IMG/VR virus record: IMGVR_UViG_3300042888_001173
Reading direction: 5' to 3' (one strand)
Origin: an uncultured virus (IMG/VR IMGVR_UViG_3300042888_001173)
Lineage: Duplodnaviria > Heunggongvirae > Uroviricota > Caudoviricetes
Length of the DNA stretch: 64,000 nucleotides
The position numbers were made by a program, and so were the translations under genes. This document shows, piece by piece, positions 64,000-64,000 of this stretch. Position 1 is the stretch's first letter. The number at the start of each line of letters is the position of its first letter. The notes below the pieces were generated by a model. It ran no database searches. It was not told the origin of the DNA and was given only the letters and a program-made list of their open reading frames with translations.

Positions 64000-64000
64000 G

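Overview
This is a 64-kb segment of a large dsDNA phage genome, gene-dense and mostly on the minus strand. It has consensus sigma70-type promoters plus recurrent TAAATA late-promoter-like motifs. The host is probably a proteobacterium, judged from the DnaK, AhpC/AhpD, PsiE and TerC sequences (inference). Contents in order: (1) hypothetical genes, kdsB, thyX, Hc1 and tail-fibre-like genes; (2) an AT-rich ~11-kb island of GNATs, PP-loop ATPases, membrane desaturases and 2-His-1-carboxylate oxygenases; (3) a ~10-kb minus-strand tRNA region with 29 CCA-encoding tRNAs covering all 20 amino acids, plus IF-1, RNAP omega, pseudo-tRNAs and several unexplained structured RNAs; (4) ClpP-like and S11 peptidases and small paralogue families; (5) a CsgF-CsgG-curlin-FecR-CHASE2 cyclase operon and a yybP-ykoY riboswitch with TerC; (6) bilin reductase, heme oxygenase, ClpS, Hsp20, DnaK, bS21, a SleB-like hydrolase, AhpC/AhpD and a DNA methyltransferase. 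The best candidate for a new system heads the main tRNA array: a sigma70 promoter, a 47-codon leader ORF using all 20 amino acids, and mutually exclusive antiterminator/terminator hairpins. This reads as a putative general tRNA-shortage attenuator. The second candidate is a family of long-stem, variable-loop RNA cassettes embedded between tRNAs. All calls come from reading motifs by eye; no searches were run.
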